Assembly (NCBI GenBank): GCA_963920595.1
Contig: OY986946.1
Span: 2,542,001-2,606,000, forward strand
From: Eimeria praecox
Lineage: Eukaryota
DNA length: 64,000 nucleotides
Reading direction: 5' to 3'
Shown here in pieces: positions 1-28,344 of the stretch. Each line of letters starts with the position of its first letter. The first letter of the stretch is position 1. A program made the translations under genes and the position numbers. The notes under the pieces were generated by a model that searched no databases, was not told the origin of the DNA, and saw only the letters and a program-made list of their open reading frames with translations.

Positions 1-1353
1 GGTTGGTTGTCTGCTGCTGCTGCTGCTGCAGCAGCAGCAGCAGCAGCACCACCACCACCACCATTGAATATAGAAACGGGCGTTCGAGGATGTACAACAG
101 CATTCTTCAATGTTGTTAATGCCTTCGCCATAATATGTTTATCTTTCTTCTTATCTGCTGCTGTATCTGCTGCTGTTGCTGCTGCTGTTCCTCCTCCTCC
201 TCCTCCTGCTGCTGCTGCACCTGCTGCACCTGCTGCTGCTGCTGCTGCTGCTGTTCCTGCTGCTGCTCCTCCTCCTCTACAGGTTAGTTTATATAAGGGG
301 GCTTGTGTACGTGGGTCTATGCCTTGTAATGTAACTTCAAGAAGGTCAATATTATCTTCGGATCTGTTGCTGCTGCTATCATCATCCAAGGTATTATTGT
401 GGTGTACATACACCTCACGATCTCCTGCATCTGTTGTTGCATGCTCAATTAAACGTAAATTAAATTTGGGATCGAATCCTCTCGATCCAGAAGGCTTCAA
501 ACCCTGTCCTCGTGCTGCTAGACTGTGCGCCTGACGCTCCTGCAATAAATAAACACAACAGACATTTGCTACTGATGCTACTCCTCCTCCTGCTGCTGTT
601 GCTGTTGTTGTATGTGCTGCTGCTGCTGTTGGTGTATGTGCTGCTGCTGCTGTTGGTGTATGTGCTGCTGCTGCTGTTGTTGTATGTGCTGCTGCTGCTG
701 TTGTTGTTGTATGTGCTGATGGTGCTGTTGTTGTTGTATGTGCTGATGGTGCTGCTGTTGTTGTATGTGCTGCTGCTGCTGCTGTTGTTGTATGTGCTGC
801 TGCTGTTGTTCTATGTGCTGCTGCTGCTGCTGCTGCTGTTGTTCTATGTGCTGCTGCTGCTGCTGCTGCTGTTGTTGTTGTTGGTGGTGGTGGTGGTGTT
901 GGTGGTGCTGCTGCTGCTGCTGTATTTGCTGCTGCTGCTGCTGCTGTATCTGCTGCTGCTGCTGCTGTATCTGCTGCTGCTGCTGCTGTATCTGCTGCTG
1001 CTGCTGCTGTATCTGCTGCTGCTGCTGTATCTGCTGCTGCTGCTGCTGCTATTCATGGTATATAATTGTTTGGTGTTAACGTTGCTCTCACCTGCTCTGC
1101 CTCTGTGCGTTTCTTAAGAAGTCCGCCTTCTCTTGAAGGTAGATGTTCTAGTGCTGCTGCATTTGCTGCAGCTGCTGCTGCTGCTGCAGCAGCAGCAGCA
1201 GCAGCAGAAGATACAGCTGATTGGGTAGGAGCATAGTCTGTCACATGCGATTCGTCTCCTCCTCTATCAATTAAATTAATATTACGATATCCTAAGTGTG
1301 GGGTGTTGTTATCATGAAGAGGGGAAGGGCCTGTGTGTCTGCAGCTCGGTGTC

Positions 1354-1401
<48 letters not shown>

Positions 1402-1824
1402 TTTGCTGCTGCTGATGCTGGTGGTTGTGGTGCTGTTGGGGTATATTCTGTTGCTGCTATAGAGGCAGCACCAGATCCAGGCACACCCGATGCTGCTGCA
1501 GTCTTTGCTGCTGCTGCTGCTGCTGCTGCTGCAGTAGCAGCAGCAGCAGCAGCAGCAGCAGCAGCTTGATCGATTTTTTTAATTTTTTCTTCATTATTTT
1601 TTTTTTCAATGTTTTCATCTTTTTCTTTTTTTTGTTTTTGTTTATTATTATTATTATTTTCTTCTTCTTTTATATCTTCTTCTTCTTTTATATCTTCTTC
1701 TTCTTCTACTTCTTCTTCTTCTTCTCCTTCTTCTCCTTCTTCTCCTTCCTCTTCTTCTTCTACTTCTTCTTCTTCTCCTTCTTCTTCTACTTCTCCTTCT
1801 TCTCTCTCACCCTCATCAACTCTC

Positions 1825-1861
<37 letters not shown>

Positions 1862-2208
1862 AACAGGGTACAGCCCATGAATATATCGAAGCTTCGTGTA
1901 GAGCAGAAAACGCTTGAGCAACATCAGGAGATTTTATATCTAAATTACCAAGACGATCTACTTGACGCCAACCTAATTTAGGGACTACTCTATCAGCATG
2001 CGATAAGACATCTGTGCCTATAAACAAATAAATATATAAATAAATAAAACAAATATATATATATATATATAGTTATTTAATTATTTAGTTATTTAATTAT
2101 TTAATTATTTAGTTATTTAGTTATTTAGTTTTCTACTTGACGCCAGCCTAACTTTAGGAACTACTCTATCAGCGTGCGATAAGAAGTCTGTGCATATAAA
2201 CAATTAGA

Positions 2209-2239
<31 letters not shown>

Positions 2240-2364
2240 ATGAATAAATAAATAAATAAATAAATACAAATAGATAGATATATTCCCCACATTTATATAT
2301 TTTTATTTAGTTATTTAGTTATGTAGTTATCTACAACCTAACGTAGGAATTACTCTATCACCAT

Positions 2365-2431
<67 letters not shown>

Positions 2432-3311
2432 GCATAATATATATTTGTATTGCATATTTTGTTTTGTTTTGTATGGTTGTATAGTTGTGTTAATATATAC
2501 AGCGTATTATATTTATATATATACATAAATATACATATAAATACAAACATGAATATAAACATATATATATATATATATATATACAGTAGTTCTCCTAAAA
2601 GCACGTAATCTAAATACGCAAATGGATCGATATATTATATGAGAACTGTATACACCGTAGGGTGTATATGCAGCTCTTATATGTGGGGTGTGGGGTGTGG
2701 GGTGTGGGGTGTCTGTACAGTGTGTCTAGTAAAGGAAATACCTTTAAATAGCCAATGGCTTTCTAAAGCTTTTCTATCTTCAAGATATTGATGATCAATC
2801 ATTCTCATAACAGCTTCAAGATATACTCTTCTAAATGGTTTTGGGGGATATGGATTTAGCAATCGATATATTAATTCGAAAGTAATACCATTAATTAATA
2901 ATATTAAAAACACAGAGCCACTAATAAAAAAAGATAATATATTCGTTAATTCTGTATCTAAATCTGCATCACGTTCAATACGTAAACCTAATGCTAGCAC
3001 TATACCCCCACGAAGACCTCCCCACACTAACAACACCGCCTGCAGCAGCAGCAGCAACAGCAGCAGCAGCAACAGCAGCAGCAGTAGTTGTCGTTGTTGT
3101 TAGAGGAGGAGGAGAACAAGGAGAAGCAGCAGCAGCAAACACAAAACAAACAGACACAGCAGCAGCAGCAGCAGCATCAGCAAATAACACCAAATAAAAA
3201 CAACAACAACAACAGCAACAAGAGCAGCAACAACCCCAACACCAGCAGCAACAGAAACAGCAGCACCTCCTCCCTCCCCCCCACCACCAGCAGCAGCAGC
3301 AACAACAGCAG

Positions 3312-3352
<41 letters not shown>

Positions 3353-3909
3353 GCAGCAGCATCAACAGCAACATCTAACCTCCTTCCATGTTAATCCATA
3401 ACCAGTTCTTCTTAAAACAGGTAAGAATATAAATATCATAAATAAACGCGCAAGATTTAAATAAATATACGTAAATAATAAATCTAACCAACATCGAATC
3501 CCCTCATCCTTTGTAAAGACAGAACTCATCATACCATATGTAACAATACCAGAAACAATAAATATTGTACAATTCGCCATTAATGCTAATGCTGAAATAC
3601 ATACACATACACAATAATAAAGAGAGAGAGAGAGATAGAGATAGAGACAGAGACAGAGAGAGATATTATATAGCTTTATATCTATATATCTATATCTATA
3701 TCTATATCTGTATCTGTATCTGTATCTATAACTATATCTATCTATCTATAACTATCTATCTATCTATCTATCTATATATATATATATATAGGTATATACG
3801 TATGTATGTATGTATGTATGCAGATATGAGGGAGAGACAGACAGAAAGAGAAGATATACGGAGAGGGAGAGAGACAGAAACAAACACACAGAAGCAGAGC
3901 GACAGAGAC

Positions 3910-3942
<33 letters not shown>

Positions 3943-4026
3943 CACAAAGAGATACAGAGACAGCTAGCTATACACATTTATACACATATCTATATCTGTA
4001 TAGATATAGGCATATAACCATATTTA

Positions 4027-4061
<35 letters not shown>

Positions 4062-6688
4062 GTATATATAATATTTAAATCTCTCTCTGTCTCTCTCTCT
4101 ATATATATTTATATTTATATTTATATATGTATATATATATATACATATATGAATATAAATAAATAAATATAGATATATATATTGTAAGAACGTACCCGCA
4201 ACGAAAGTATGATGTTTGCTCTGTGCCTCTCTATCAAGAGCAATATGGCCGTAAGCTTTAATAAACAAACCATAACAAACAGCAGTGAGGGGTCCCGATA
4301 AGGAGAAGACAGCCTCAGCTAAGAAGTAAGCAATATAACAGAAAGTAATATAAGCTAAACATTGTATAAGAGGATGACGACGAAAGAATAGAAGCCATGT
4401 ATATCCAATTATACCTACAATAATACCAAAGGCAGGCCCCAAAAATAATAATTTAACAAACATTAAAAATGTTGATAATGGTGTCTCTGTTACACCTTGA
4501 AGTAAAAAGAAAAAAAATTGAAATAATAATACTGCACTACCGTCGTTTATTAAAGATTCGCCTACAAACAAAAACAAAAAAATAAAAAAATATTTAAAAA
4601 ATATTAAAAAATAGTAAAAAATATTAAAAAATATTAAAAAATATTAAAAAATATTAAAAAAATATTAAAAATATATAAAAATTTTGAAAACATTGAAAAA
4701 ATGTATATATGCTTTTTTTGTTTTATATTTTATATTTTATATTTTATGTTATATTTATATTTATATTTATATTTATATTTATATTTATATTTAATATTTA
4801 TATTTATATTTATATTTATATTTATATTTATATTTATATTTATATTTATATTTATATTTATATCCATATCTATATCTATAATTAATGATAGAGCTCTTGA
4901 AGTCTGCACTTTCTTCCTAATGTATGACTTGTTCTTTCATTTTTTATTTTTATTTTTATTTGTTTTATTTTTTATTTTTATTTTTATTTTATTCTTATTG
5001 CTGTTGATTGTTTACTGTTTAGTTGTTTAGGGTTTAGATATCCCCACTCTAGGGTTTACGTAGAATTTACTTAGGGTTTAGCTAGGGTTTATTTAGGGCG
5101 TAGGGTTTATTTAGGGTTTAGGGTTTAGCTAGGGTTTATCTAGGGTTTAGGGTTTATCTAGGGTTTAGGGTTTATCTAGGGCTTAGGGTTTATCTAGGGT
5201 TTAGGGTTTCCGGTTTATCTAGGGTTTAGGGTTTATCTAGGGTTTAGGGTCTATCTAGGGTTTAGGGTATATCTAGGGTTTAGGGTATGACTAGGGTTTA
5301 GGGTTTAGGGTATGGTTAGGGTTTAGGGTATACGTAGGGCTTACTAGGGCGTATCTAGGGTTTCGGGTTTACGTAGATATTATAAGGGTATAGTAATTAG
5401 GGTTTAGGGTTTCTACAGATATTATAAGGGTATAGTAATTAGGGTTTAGGGTTTCTATAGATATTATAAGGGTATAAGAATTAGGGTTTAGGGTTTCTAC
5501 AGATATGATAAGGGTATAGTAATTAGGGTTTAGGGTTTAGGGTTTAGGGTTTAAGGGTTTAATCTCACCATCAAACATAGTACATAATTTATCTGAAGCA
5601 TTAACAGCATTAAGAACAGATAATACAGCAACAGGATCAGTAGAAGATAATGTAGCTGCCAGTAAGAAGGCTGCAACCCACGCCATATCTTTCCATATTT
5701 TATTAATAAATGTATAATAAAATAAAACACCTAAAACCCCTACTTGAACAGCTACACCTAAAACAGCTAATGTTAAACCCCCAGCAAAAAATTTTTTAAA
5801 TTTATGCCAATTTATATTTTGGGTTGCTTCATATAATAATATCGGCATCATTACATAATATACAATAGAACTATCTATAAAACGCGTTTCTAATATTGCT
5901 GTTTGAAGCATATTATAACCTTTTAAAGGAGCATGATATACATTATCATTAGGAGGACCTTCTGGTGTATGTACACCTGAAGAAGACGGTTCTTGAGGAG
6001 GTAATAATGCAGGAATAGAAGCAACTCCATATGCTGCCATACCAAAAACAAACCATATTATAGAGACTGGGGGAGGATATACAGGTATCTTTGATACTAA
6101 CCATTGTAAGAATATAGCAAAAAAAAATAAAAAAGAAAAGAAAGATAAAGAAGGAGCGATAGGTATCGAACCCGAGCTGCTAGCTGTATCAGATCCGCTT
6201 TCTTCAGATAAACGACGACGAGTAGGTCCATTCGATATATGAAAATTAGATTCTCTTACAATATCTTCTTCTGAAATGCCTGTTGTTGCTGCTGTTGCTG
6301 CTGCTGTTGCTGCTGCTGTTGCTGCTGCTGTTGATGGTGTGTTTGATCTTACAGAAATAGATGGAGAGGCCAAAGAACGTAGAAAAGGAAAAACATTTGA
6401 AGGAGGTGAAGAAAAGTATGTATTCATGTTTGCATGCCGCCATAAATAACTAATAAGAGTAAGGAAACATAAAGCCAAGAGAGGTAAATAGATTGTTTTA
6501 AAAGACGATAAAACATCTCTTTTTCTGTTATTATAAGAAGAAGAAGATGAAGAAGAAGAAAATGAAGAAGATGAATATGATGATCTGTTCGAATTTTCAT
6601 CTTGGGAAGGAGTAGGAATACGTGAAGAAGCCGCATTCATATCAGGAATGGAGGAGGCAGACTGCCGGCGATCTGCAGCGTCATTCAT
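1..6688 (-). CDS. Na+/H+ exchanger, CPA1 family (SOS1/NhaP-like), 3' end beyond window edge
   Basis: Exons 6688-5569, 4561-4196, 3591-3380, 3039-2742, 2017-1092, 539-<1, all with phase-consistent GT/AG joins. CPA1 motifs present: [25 protein letters not shown] (split by intron 1), WGGLRGG, and many hydrophobic helices. Confidence 0.9.
5027..5560 (+). repeat. Degenerate interstitial telomere-like (TTTAGGG) array with 18-bp and about 40-bp higher-order units, NHE intron 1
   Basis: TTTAGGG units, AGGGTTTAGGGTTTATCT repeats, and four copies of [42 protein letters not shown]. Confidence 0.95.
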
Positions 6689-8373
6689 TTCTTTTAAGAA
6701 AATATAAAAGAATATAGAACCATAAGAAAGATAATTATAATTTAAACCAAGAAAAAAAAGAAAATAATAAAGAAATGATGATGATCACAATAACCCGCGA
6801 TCTAATCTCGAGCTGTGCATACACCGCAGATTTCTTGCAAATCCTATCAATGTCGAAATTTATCGTTTCTTCATGAAAACGAAGCATTCATATTTTGAAA
6901 AGTAAAGAAGAAAATATAATTAAAGGCCAAAATAATATTATTTAATCAAAGAAAACCAACAAATTCTTTGCATCTCTCTCTCTCTCTATAATATATATAT
7001 ATATATACTTCTTTCTCGCCTTCTGCCATGAAGTGCATAACATCCATATGCTCATGGCGTGTTTTGTTTCTTTTTGAACTCATATAATAATTCAAATAGA
7101 TAATTTACTTCAAATATTTTATTTATGAAACACTTTTCCAAAAAAATATAAACATTCGCGGGGCATGCAGCCAACGAGCAGCATTCCTAATTTTGCTGCA
7201 GCCACTGATGCCGGCTTCCTTGCATTGTCTTCGTTAAATAAATATTTGGTAATTTGTATTAAATACTTATTCTTATTTTATTTATGAGTTTATTTACTTA
7301 TTTAAAAGAAAATATTATTCAATTATGCACAAAACAACTTCATACACAACTACCAAACCCCCACACATACTCATTGCATGCAGGGGAGCATAACTTCTCT
7401 AGCACGTGTACGTACACTTGGAGTGAGAGATTCACATTTATTTAACTGTCTAAATTATTTATTATATCATTTATATATATTTACTGCATTTTATTCCTCT
7501 AATTGTTTTTAAAAATATATATTATACAACCATACACCACGTCACACGACCCTGGCAACCCCTCATACAATATGAACAGTATCGAGTTTGTATTAAAAAT
7601 GTTTATTCTACGATATTTATATCCTGTAAAATAATTTAAATTAATTATTAATATTATCTACAAGAAAAAAAACAAATGCCCTCATAGCTTTTGGCTATGC
7701 ACGCGAGGATTTGGTGCTTCTAATCAAAGAAAGAGAGAGAGAGAGGACGACGACAGATAATTAATTATCTCATTATCAGCAGCAGCAACAGCAGCAGCTG
7801 CTGTTGCTGCTGCTGCTGCAGCAGCAGCAAACTTTGCTGCTGTTGCTGCTGCTGCTGCAGGCCAAACTCCTTACAAACAGGGACGATGGTTTGTTATTTG
7901 TTTGTTGAGTAGACACCAAGTGCAATTTAATTTAATTTAATATCATATCAAACAGCAAACAAATAGAATAGATAATAAATATTATAAAAATATTTTTATA
8001 GATAGAATAAAAGATTGTTTGGCTTCTCCGCTGCAGCAGATAGCTGCTGCACACAGCCCTCTATCTATTTATCTATTTATCTATTTATTAATAATATAGT
8101 ACAATTAAATACAAATGCATGCAAATGAGCCTGCATGCGCCAGCCCCAAATGGAAAGAACTTGATAGAATGTATTAAACAGAGATATTAAGAAAAATAAA
8201 ATTAATTTATTTTTCGTCTACATCTTTATCTTGTACTTAGTTGATTCAGCTCCGTGTTATAAGCAAATACAAATATAAATATAAATATAAATATAAACAT
8301 AAATATAAATATAAATATAAATATAAATATAAATATAAATATAAATATAAATATAAATATAAATATAAATGTA

Positions 8374-8420
<47 letters not shown>

Positions 8421-8678
8421 AGTGCAGAGCCATCAACTGTCTCTGCGTCTCTCTCTCTCTCTCCCTCTCTTATTCTCTTTCTCCCTCTTTCTCTCTCTCT
8501 CTCTCTCTCTCTGTTTAAATACAGAGATAAACTTAATCTTATTCTTCTCTGTCTTCGTTCTCTCCAACATCAACTAGCTGTTGCAGCTAGCTGCAGCAGC
8601 TAGCCATCAGGGGCCCTCCGTGTTTGTTGTTAATAAAGACAGTATAAGCAAGAAACAACAATCATCCCTGCTTGTCTG

Positions 8679-8717
<39 letters not shown>

Positions 8718-8829
8718 TCTATCTATCTATTTATTTATTTTGTTTGTTTGTTTTTGTTTGTTTGTCTTTCGCTAATTAAACAATAAACCGCAAAAATAGA
8801 AAAACCCCACAAACCTGTTCACATACACT

Positions 8830-8940
8830 TGCATGCATGCATGCATGGATGCATGCATGCATGCATGCATTATAGGGCTGCATGCATGCATCCAGAGAAC
8901 TTGCATGCATGCATGCATGGGGCTGTGCATGCATGCATGG
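8830..8940. repeat. TGCATGCA palindromic octamer cluster
   Basis: Overlapping TGCATGCA runs just downstream of the FAM50 stop codon; a known Eimeria repeat class. Confidence 0.9.
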
Positions 8941-8966
8941 GGCTGTGTGTGTGTGTGTGTGTGTGT

Positions 8967-13725
<4,759 letters not shown>

Positions 13726-14612
13726 CGTTAAAGAAGAAAGCTAACAAAAAAATAATGATCTAGGGGTTTATTAAACCCAACAATATTAAGATATCAAGAA
13801 AAAATAAAACATTCAATTAAAAAAATAAAAATAAAAAAAAATAAACAAAAATGATGAAAAGATGTATTATTCACAAACAAACAGCTGCCTATACACTCCA
13901 CCGTCAGGTAACTTGATATCATACACCGATCTGAGGTTTTTTATGATTTAAATTTAAAAATAAAAGGTTTAAACAAATATATTTATTCTTTTTTATTAAA
14001 TATTTAATTTATAAACACGATTTAGCCGTTAGAATATTCAACCTTTTTGCTTCATATCGCTCAATAGTTGCAAATGATGGTTTCGTAACTGTTCGCAGCA
14101 TTTATCTTCTTTTCACCAATAAATTAAGAAAATAAACAACAAAGTTTGTTATTTTATTTAATTTTAATTCAATATATCCAACAAACACACAAAATATAAA
14201 CAGAGAAACACCTACGATCTGATCGGGCTGGCCGGGGGTCTTGCGGCGAGTGTTGATGCTGTGTTGTTTAATAAGAAAAATATTTATATTTTTGTCTGTA
14301 TATACACCATAAACTAAAAAAACATTAAAATATATTCTATTTAATAATTTATATATAATTTATTTTATTTTTCTCTTCATACTTCACGATCTACTATACC
14401 GATGGCAGCAGCTGCTGCATGCAGCGGCAGCCTTCGTCTGTTCGTTTGTATTTTTTTTAGATATTTGTATGTAAATAAAATATATTTGTGTTTATAATTA
14501 TATTTATTACATAGTTTTATATCTAGACAAATCTATATAGCTCTATATAGCAGTGCAAAAACAGTTGAAGGTAAGCGTATATATTTTCTATGAATGCGTA
14601 CATACATACAGT

Positions 14613-14687
<75 letters not shown>

Positions 14688-15076
14688 AAGATATTAAACC
14701 GTCATTATATATATATATATATATATATATATAACCTCGTGTTTATATCTTTCTATTAATTTATTTACACAACTATTTATGTTTTTCTGTTTATATGTTT
14801 TATATTTGCTCTTGTTTATCTCGTTTTTTGTATTTGTAAGATTTGTTTGTTTTGATTGTTTGTTAAAGACATGCTGCTGCTGCTTCTCCTTGAGAGAGAG
14901 AGACAGAGGGAGAGAGAGAGAGGGAGAGAGGGAGAGATAGATAGAAAGAGAGATAAAATAAACAGAGACAAAATAAATAAACTAACAACAAACTAGCACA
15001 AAAAGTTTTGATGTTAGAAAATAAAGAAAATAAAAACAAAAAAACGAACGACAGAAGCCGCTGAAAGTAAAGCCAG

Positions 15077-15168
<92 letters not shown>

Positions 15169-15451
15169 GTGGTGCTGCAAATGCAGCTGCTGCAGCTCCA
15201 GTTTGTGCATTAGCTGCTGCTGCAGCAGCAGCAGCAGCAGCAGCTGCTGCTGCTGCTGCTATTAACTTCTGCAGGGAGCTCATAATGTTTGAATAGTTTA
15301 AAAAAATCAAGAAAAAAAACAAAAGAGAAGAAGAGAGGGTCGGGTGTATGTACAGATGCATGCAGTTATAACAAATATTTGTTTTCTTCTTAATATCTAA
15401 TATATCTAATCTATATATCTAATATACATTGTATAATATATATATTGTATA

Positions 15452-15493
<42 letters not shown>

Positions 15494-15788
15494 AAAAGTC
15501 AGTATATTATAAAAACATCCTCAGATATACAAACAAATAAATGTTCTTACAGAGGCAAAATAATAATAAAATAATAAAATAATAAAACAATAAAACAATA
15601 AAATAATAAAATAATAAAATAATAGAAAAGTAAAATGATGAAATAATGAAATAATCAAATAATCCAATGACAAAATAATGCAATAATAAAATAATAAAAT
15701 AATAAAACAATCAAATAATAAAATAATAAAATAATAAAATAATAAAATAATAAAAAATAAAAAGAATAAAGACATAAACTTCCTCCCT

Positions 15789-26312
<10,524 letters not shown>

Positions 26313-26370
26313 CAAGTGAAAGACAGATGAATTTATTTTGTATTAAACAAATTAGAAAAAAAAAGAAAAG

Positions 26371-26447
26371 AGGGTTTAGGGTTTAGGGTTTAGGGTTTAG
26401 GGTTTAGGGTTTAGGGTTTAGGGTTTAGGGTTTAGGGTTTAGGGTTT
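26371..26447 (+). repeat. Pure (TTTAGGG)n array
   Basis: About 11 units, about 60 bp upstream of the ATG at 26312. Confidence 0.97.
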
Positions 26448-26986
26448 TGTAGGTTATGAACACATGAGGCACATAAGATTGTTCTGAAAAGAGAAAGGAA
26501 GACAAATAAAACAAATATATTTTGTTTTTAATATTAAATAAATAACAAAATGACATAATTTGTTGTATATTTATTCTATTTTGCTGCATATACACCTGAA
26601 ATCGTTACCGGTGGTCTGTGAGTGGTCTGATGGTGGCGGGTGGAGGCGAGCAGCAACAGGGCTGCCTTCTTCATTATTGTATAAAAAAATTAACGATTTA
26701 ATTAAATTTTAAGATAAATATATTTATTTATTTATTTTATTTTATAAAATATATTTATTTCTATCTTTTTTCAGATTTAAAATACAGAAAAAACAACATA
26801 TTATGCCGCACAGGATTCGGCTGCTGATGAGCAAACTCGCTGTAGCAGCAAACAAAAATGCGGTGTATGTACACCTGAAAATATTACATTTAAATACAAA
26901 TAATATTAAATAGTAAATTTATTTGTTTTATTTATCTACGTATTGCTTGTTATCTGCATACAGAGACGAGAATAGAACGTGTTCTC

Positions 26987-27080
26987 TAAACCCTAAACCC
27001 TAAACCCTAAACCCTAAACACTAAACCCTACACCCTAAACCCTAAACCCTAAACCCTAAACCCTAAACCCTAAACCCTAA
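26987..27080 (-). repeat. (CCCTAAA)n array
   Basis: About 13 units, opposite orientation to the 26371 array. Confidence 0.97.
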
Positions 27081-27169
27081 AGCTGAATCTGTGGTAGCGC
27101 TAGAATGTATGCGTCTCTCTGCTGCTCTGTGATCTAACAGGCCGTAGGAATAGCAGCACACACACTGTA

Positions 27170-27203
<34 letters not shown>

Positions 27204-27923
27204 AGCAGCAGCAACAGCAGCAACAGCTGCAGCAGCAGCAGACGGGTGTACAGACTTCGTACGTTTGTTTTCTGTTGTTTGAAATAAAATAATATTCGCT
27301 AGAAACAAATATAGCTGCCAAGGAGCAGCAGCAGCAACAGCACTAGTTGCTGCTGCTGCTGCTGCTAGGAGCCTGCTGCTGCTGCAGCAGCAGGCTCCTG
27401 CTGCTGCTGCGGCAGCAGCAACAGCAGCAGAAACTGCTGCTGCTGCCAGGACCCTGCTGCTGCTGCTGCTGCTGCTGCTGCAAGCTCCTGGGTTTTACTC
27501 CTAAGAAGCTGGTGCTTCTGTGTCTGCTGCTGCAGCAGCATCAGCAGCAGCAGCAGCTGCTGTTGCTGCTGCTTTTGCATTTGCTGCAGTTCCTGCTGCA
27601 GCTCCTGCATGCATTGTATTGCTTGCCGCTCATCTGCTGCTGCTGCTGCTGCTGCAGCAGCAGCAGCGGCAAACAGATTTATTTGATAAGCAGAATGAGT
27701 TTTCTAATCCCTCATACACCAGAAACAGCTTACACTGCTGCTGCTGTTGCTGCTGCTGTTGCTACTGTCGCTGCTCCCTTAACACCTCGACAACACACAA
27801 ACACCGTTTGCTGCTGCTGCTACTGCTGCAGCCGCAGCAGCAGCAGCAACAACAGCAGCAGCAACAGCAATTGTGAAGAGGCTGTCTTCGAGTGCCTCCA
27901 ACACCTCAAATCCACAAGGAAGA

Positions 27924-27954
<31 letters not shown>

Positions 27955-27958
27955 CTGC

Positions 27959-28022
<64 letters not shown>

Positions 28023-28025
28023 TGT

Positions 28026-28298
28026 TTATATTCGATCATCATGATAGAGAAATTGTACGTCACGAGAACCTGGGGGCATCGCTGAATCTAAACAAAAACA
28101 AAAATAAAAAGTAAAATAATAAATAAAATTATTTATTTGTTTGTTTGTTTGTTTGTTTGTCTTGTTTGTTTGTTTATTATTTGTTTTATTTATTTATTTA
28201 TTTATTTGTTTGTTGCTGTTTGTTTTGTTTGTCTTGCTTGCGTGTTTTTGTTTTATTATATTGTTGCTTTTAATTCTATATATATATCTATCTATCTA

Positions 28299-28344
<46 letters not shown>

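Noticed and set aside
7..1117. Plus-strand ORFs 7-534 and 512-1117 (poly-L/C)
   Set aside because: Antisense shadow of the NHE exon and translation of an intronic CTG repeat.
14863..15361. Short polyQ/polyA ORFs
   Set aside because: Repeat-derived with no domain; most likely the 3' UTR of the PAN gene.
26371..27080. Chromosome end-to-end fusion scar
   Set aside because: Arrays are short, separated by unique sequence, and such arrays occur throughout the window.
27063..28114. Separate gene in the CAG-rich block downstream of E2
   Set aside because: Overlapping low-complexity ORFs on both strands with no coherent model; 28087-28026 is the last E2 exon and the rest is probably UTR. Not fully excluded.
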